Shown here in pieces: positions 12,753 through 15,593 of a DNA stretch of 15,593 nt. Position numbers and translations under genes: made by a program. The DNA is from a virus. Positions within the stretch are counted from its first letter, which is position 1. Every line of letters begins with the position of its first letter. The stretch lies in the UHGV virus genome UHGV-0078853; one strand, written 5' to 3'. A model generated the notes under the pieces. The model saw nothing but the letters and a program-made list of their open reading frames with translations, had not been told where the DNA came from and did no database searches.

Positions 12753-12781
12753 TAGGTACATCTTACATAGGAGAACGTGAA

Positions 12782-12952
12782 ATGACTATCAATGAAGTAG
12801 CTGAACGTATTGGGGTGACACGTCAGACAATTAATAACTGGATTAAGAGTGGAAAGTTTCCTGATTGCAGCGTTAAAGTAATGGGTCGCCGGATGCCGGG
12901 GACATTTGACCGTAATAAAGTTGAAGCGTGGATTAAGGAGAATGTGAAATGA
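12782..12952 (+). CDS. AlpA/excisionase-type helix-turn-helix DNA-binding protein (56 aa)
   Basis: MTINEVAERIGVTRQTINNWIKSGKFPDCSVKVMGRRMPGTFDRNKVEAWIKE matches the AlpA-family HTH pattern. Real start is ATG 12782 with AGGAGA, not the track start at 12692. Confidence 0.75.
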   Translation: MTINEVAERIGVTRQTINNWIKSGKFPDCSVKVMGRRMPGTFDRNKVEAWIKENVK

Positions 12953-13239
12953 AAGGTGTAATTTTCCACGATAAAGAAAATGACAGTGCTTATATGGTTT
13001 ATTTAGTGCAAGGCGAGTACGCGTTATGCTTTAACGTTTCTTGTAAACTGGACTCTTATTCACCGTTTTGCGTTACAGAAGAATTGCAGTTGATTAGTCT
13101 CCGAAGACTCAGCACAATGTCGGCTTCCATCGATGTCTCTGACCACTTAGCGTACGTTTGTCAGTATTTCGGTGATGAGATTGTTGTAGATTATTATCGT
13201 AAGTACGCGCATTTGATGGAATGTCTGGCTAATAGATAA
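12949..13239 (+). CDS. hypothetical protein (96 aa)
   Basis: ATG overlaps the upstream stop (ATGA) with an AAGGAG Shine-Dalgarno; no recognisable motif. Confidence 0.55.
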   Translation: MKGVIFHDKENDSAYMVYLVQGEYALCFNVSCKLDSYSPFCVTEELQLISLRRLSTMSASIDVSDHLAYVCQYFGDEIVVDYYRKYAHLMECLANR

Positions 13240-13296
13240 AAGAAAGCCCCAGCGTTAGAGCGCCGAGGCCAAATTACTTGCCGAGGGAAATATAAC

Positions 13297-14238
13297 ATGT
13301 CCGATGTAATTTTATCCTACTCGTGGTCGCGTCGCAACGCGCGGGCTGAGAAAAAGGATATAAACGTCAGAACCACACACACGGCAACACTGGACGACCT
13401 GAAAGAGTTAATCCAGCCACTCGATGCTGTCCGTGACGGAATTAACCCGAAGACCGCGCCCGGTTATATCACCGCCGCGTGCGACTCGACGCACAGCACT
13501 GTAAAAGACCCGGAAACCGGCGACTTTAAGCAAGCGCGTAAAGGCTTTTTCTATCGCTGTGACGCGTCTGTAAGCAAATCGTCGCTGGCGTATCTGGACT
13601 TCGACAGCGCAACACCAGAAGAGTATCAGGAAGCGGTGCGCTTAGTTAAACGCAGCCGCCGGGGCATGTGTATCTATACCACGGCATCACATACCGACGA
13701 GTCCCCGCGCTTTCGCGTCGTCATGCCGCTGGCCCGTCCGGTTGAAGGTGGTGACATTATCCGTGTTCGTCACGGCTTGCTCGAGCACTTCTTCAAAGGC
13801 ATGGGTGCTGACCGCAGCGGGTTCACTCTGTCACAGCCGATGTATCTGCCGCCGGTTGGCGCTACTGTTATCTGGTCGCGTCGCAACGACCTGATTGACC
13901 CGGACGAGTTACTGGAAGGCATCCCCGCCGTTGACGTTAGCAGCGCATCGGATTACCAGATACCGAAAGAACTGCGAACAGCGTTTACCGATGCGTTTGA
14001 AGCACTGGCGTTCGAGTACGGCGGTATTATGACCCCGCGCGGCCTTAAGATGCCCGCTACGCCGGAACACGCCGAGAACTACAGCGACCCGACACCGCGC
14101 CCGGATGACTTCCTGCTGTGCTTCCCGCGCGAGGGATATGAAGCGCCTAACGTAACCATGATTCACGACACCGACATTACGGCGACCGAGGGCATGTCAC
14201 CGAAAGAGGTGTGGAAGTATGCGGCTGCCGTTCAGTGA
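13297..14238 (+). CDS. replication protein, possible primase or primase-polymerase (313 aa)
   Basis: GAGGGA Shine-Dalgarno; contains LAYLDFDS (DxD-like) and YTTASHTDE (S-H) motifs reminiscent of AEP-type primases, and sits directly upstream of a RecA-fold ATPase. Family assignment is tentative. Confidence 0.4.
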   Translation: MSDVILSYSWSRRNARAEKKDINVRTTHTATLDDLKELIQPLDAVRDGINPKTAPGYITAACDSTHSTVKDPETGDFKQARKGFFYRCDASVSKSSLAYLDFDSATPEEYQEAVRLVKRSRRGMCIYTTASHTDESPRFRVVMPLARPVEGGDIIRVRHGLLEHFFKGMGADRSGFTLSQPMYLPPVGATVIWSRRNDLIDPDELLEGIPAVDVSSASDYQIPKELRTAFTDAFEALAFEYGGIMTPRGLKMPATPEHAENYSDPTPRPDDFLLCFPREGYEAPNVTMIHDTDITATEGMSPKEVWKYAAAVQ

Positions 14239-15568
14239 AGTCGCAGAGGCCATCGGTTGGGGTGCACGTGAATCTGTTTCTTGCAGCCTGGACGACCTTG
14301 AAGACGACGAGGACTCAGAGGAGGACGAGTTACCGGAACCGGTAAAGGCTGATTTCGTCGTTGAAGGGTACATGCCGTCGGATTGCATATGGGATATCGT
14401 CGGGGAGTCCGGTACGTATAAATCCTTCTATACGCTGGGGATGATGTACCTGAGCGCCACCGGATACCGGTTTGCGGGTGCTGACACCCAGCGTTGCCAC
14501 CATTTCTATATCGACGGTGAAGGCGGCGCAGCTACCCGCACCCGTATCGATGCGCTCGCGGCTAAATATGGCGAGGAAGGTAAAGATTATGTACATGTTA
14601 TAGACATGGGTGAAATACTCGGTATGCGAGAGGATAAAAAACTTACAGCACTCATCCGTATGATGCGTGAAACAGCAGGAGAGGAACCGATCGGTATGAT
14701 TGCGTTCGATACCCTCAACCAGACGCTGGCCCTGACGATTGATAAGTTTGATGAGAACAGTTCATCAACTGCAATCGGCATGGGTAAAGTCATCGCTATC
14801 CTTAAAAAAGCGCGTGACGCGACTAAAGCTGCGGTAGGCGTTGTACACCATACACCGAAGGGCGGAAAGAAAGCCCGAGGTAGTGGTGCGCTGTACGCTG
14901 GCGTCGATGTGGAGCTGACAATCGAACGCGCGACAGACCGTCAGATAAATGTATACCACTCTAAATTTAAGCATGGGCCGCAACAGAAGACGGTTGGTAT
15001 GGTGCTTGAGTCGGTACAGTTCCGCGAAGCCCCGCCACCGAAAGAATACCGCGCGGTTGAGTTCCTCGGTAGCACAGAGGAATACGGCACAACCGTTAAC
15101 CTCGACCTGCCTGAGCCGCACAAAGCGCTTGTGCTTATGCCGTGGGGCTTCGAACCGTTCAAGACCGACGAGGAGAAAGAGCGGGAAGAAGGACTGACTA
15201 AGGAAGGTAAAGAAAACGTACGTAGAACCATGGAGAACGCCGTCAACAGTTCGGAAGCCACGATACTGGCGGCGTTTGAACTGGCGGAAGGAACCTACAA
15301 CGGCAACGAAGGTATCACGGTAGCCGCGGCAAATAAGCTCGCACAGTCTGACCCCAACGCGAAGGCGTTCAACTCCAAAGAAGTCATAGAACGCGGAAAG
15401 ATTAAGAAAATGGTTGAGGCGGGGTATCTTGTACCTGGTACGGACGAAAACAATCAGATAATCCCGGGCCGTTACAGATTGAATACCCGAATAACGGACA
15501 ACAAGATTCCGAAGACAATATACGAACCGAATGAAATGCTGACAGTGACAGAGGAGGATTTGGAATAG
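14219..15568 (+). CDS. RecA-fold replicative ATPase/helicase, AAA_25/DnaB-like (449 aa)
   Basis: P-loop-like GESGTYKS, acidic linker DDLEDDEDSEEDE, Walker B-like MIAFDTL and the VGVVHHTPKGG motif typical of this helicase family; ATG 14219 with an AAGAGGTG Shine-Dalgarno. Confidence 0.7.
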   Translation: MRLPFSEVAEAIGWGARESVSCSLDDLEDDEDSEEDELPEPVKADFVVEGYMPSDCIWDIVGESGTYKSFYTLGMMYLSATGYRFAGADTQRCHHFYIDGEGGAATRTRIDALAAKYGEEGKDYVHVIDMGEILGMREDKKLTALIRMMRETAGEEPIGMIAFDTLNQTLALTIDKFDENSSSTAIGMGKVIAILKKARDATKAAVGVVHHTPKGGKKARGSGALYAGVDVELTIERATDRQINVYHSKFKHGPQQKTVGMVLESVQFREAPPPKEYRAVEFLGSTEEYGTTVNLDLPEPHKALVLMPWGFEPFKTDEEKEREEGLTKEGKENVRRTMENAVNSSEATILAAFELAEGTYNGNEGITVAAANKLAQSDPNAKAFNSKEVIERGKIKKMVEAGYLVPGTDENNQIIPGRYRLNTRITDNKIPKTIYEPNEMLTVTEEDLE

Positions 15569-15579
15569 GTAAAAATAAA

Positions 15580-15593
15580 GGGGCGTTAAGCCC
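15580..15593 (+). terminator. probable terminator hairpin, truncated by the window edge
   Basis: GGGGC-gttaa-GCCC... begins 12 nt after the stop at 15568; the 3' arm and any U-tract fall outside the window. Confidence 0.3.

Noticed and set aside
14330-15261. Minus-strand ORFs 14330-14596, 14587-14793, 14765-15121 and 14941-15261
   Set aside because: All lie antisense within the AAA_25-like ATPase gene, which has clear motifs; no start context supports them.
1-15593. CRISPR arrays, integrase, transposase, toxin-antitoxin pairs, tRNA genes
   Set aside because: No regularly spaced direct repeats with unique spacers, no tyrosine or serine recombinase or DDE motifs, and no tRNA-like structures were found; the absence is from manual inspection only.

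Overview
This window reads as a contiguous piece of a tailed dsDNA phage or prophage genome from a Gram-negative host (Shine-Dalgarno sites, sigma70-like promoters, a lipoprotein spanin). All calls come from manual reading of the sequence and ORF track; no database search, alignment tool or RNA folding was run. From 12300 leftwards every gene is on the minus strand: an early array of about 14 small translationally coupled genes (12300 to 9479), a lysis cassette of holin, second holin-like protein and GH24-type endolysin (9403 to 8367), a strong intrinsic terminator and near-consensus promoter (8155 to 8073), nine micro-genes, then terminase small and large subunits, portal, Mu F-like head morphogenesis protein, an Ig-like protein, a terminator, an overlapped Rz/Rz1-like spanin pair, and the start of a scaffold-like gene that runs off the window edge. 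On the plus strand from 12782 lies a replication module: AlpA-like HTH protein, a hypothetical, a primase-like protein and an AAA_25/DnaB-like ATPase. The most interesting feature is a roughly 190-bp non-coding element present twice in direct orientation (1216-1408 and 12484-12680), each carrying the same minus-strand promoter architecture and a shared stem-loop-rich leader, one copy ahead of the early operon and one ahead of the displaced spanin genes. No tRNA, rRNA, CRISPR array, integrase or transposase was recognised.
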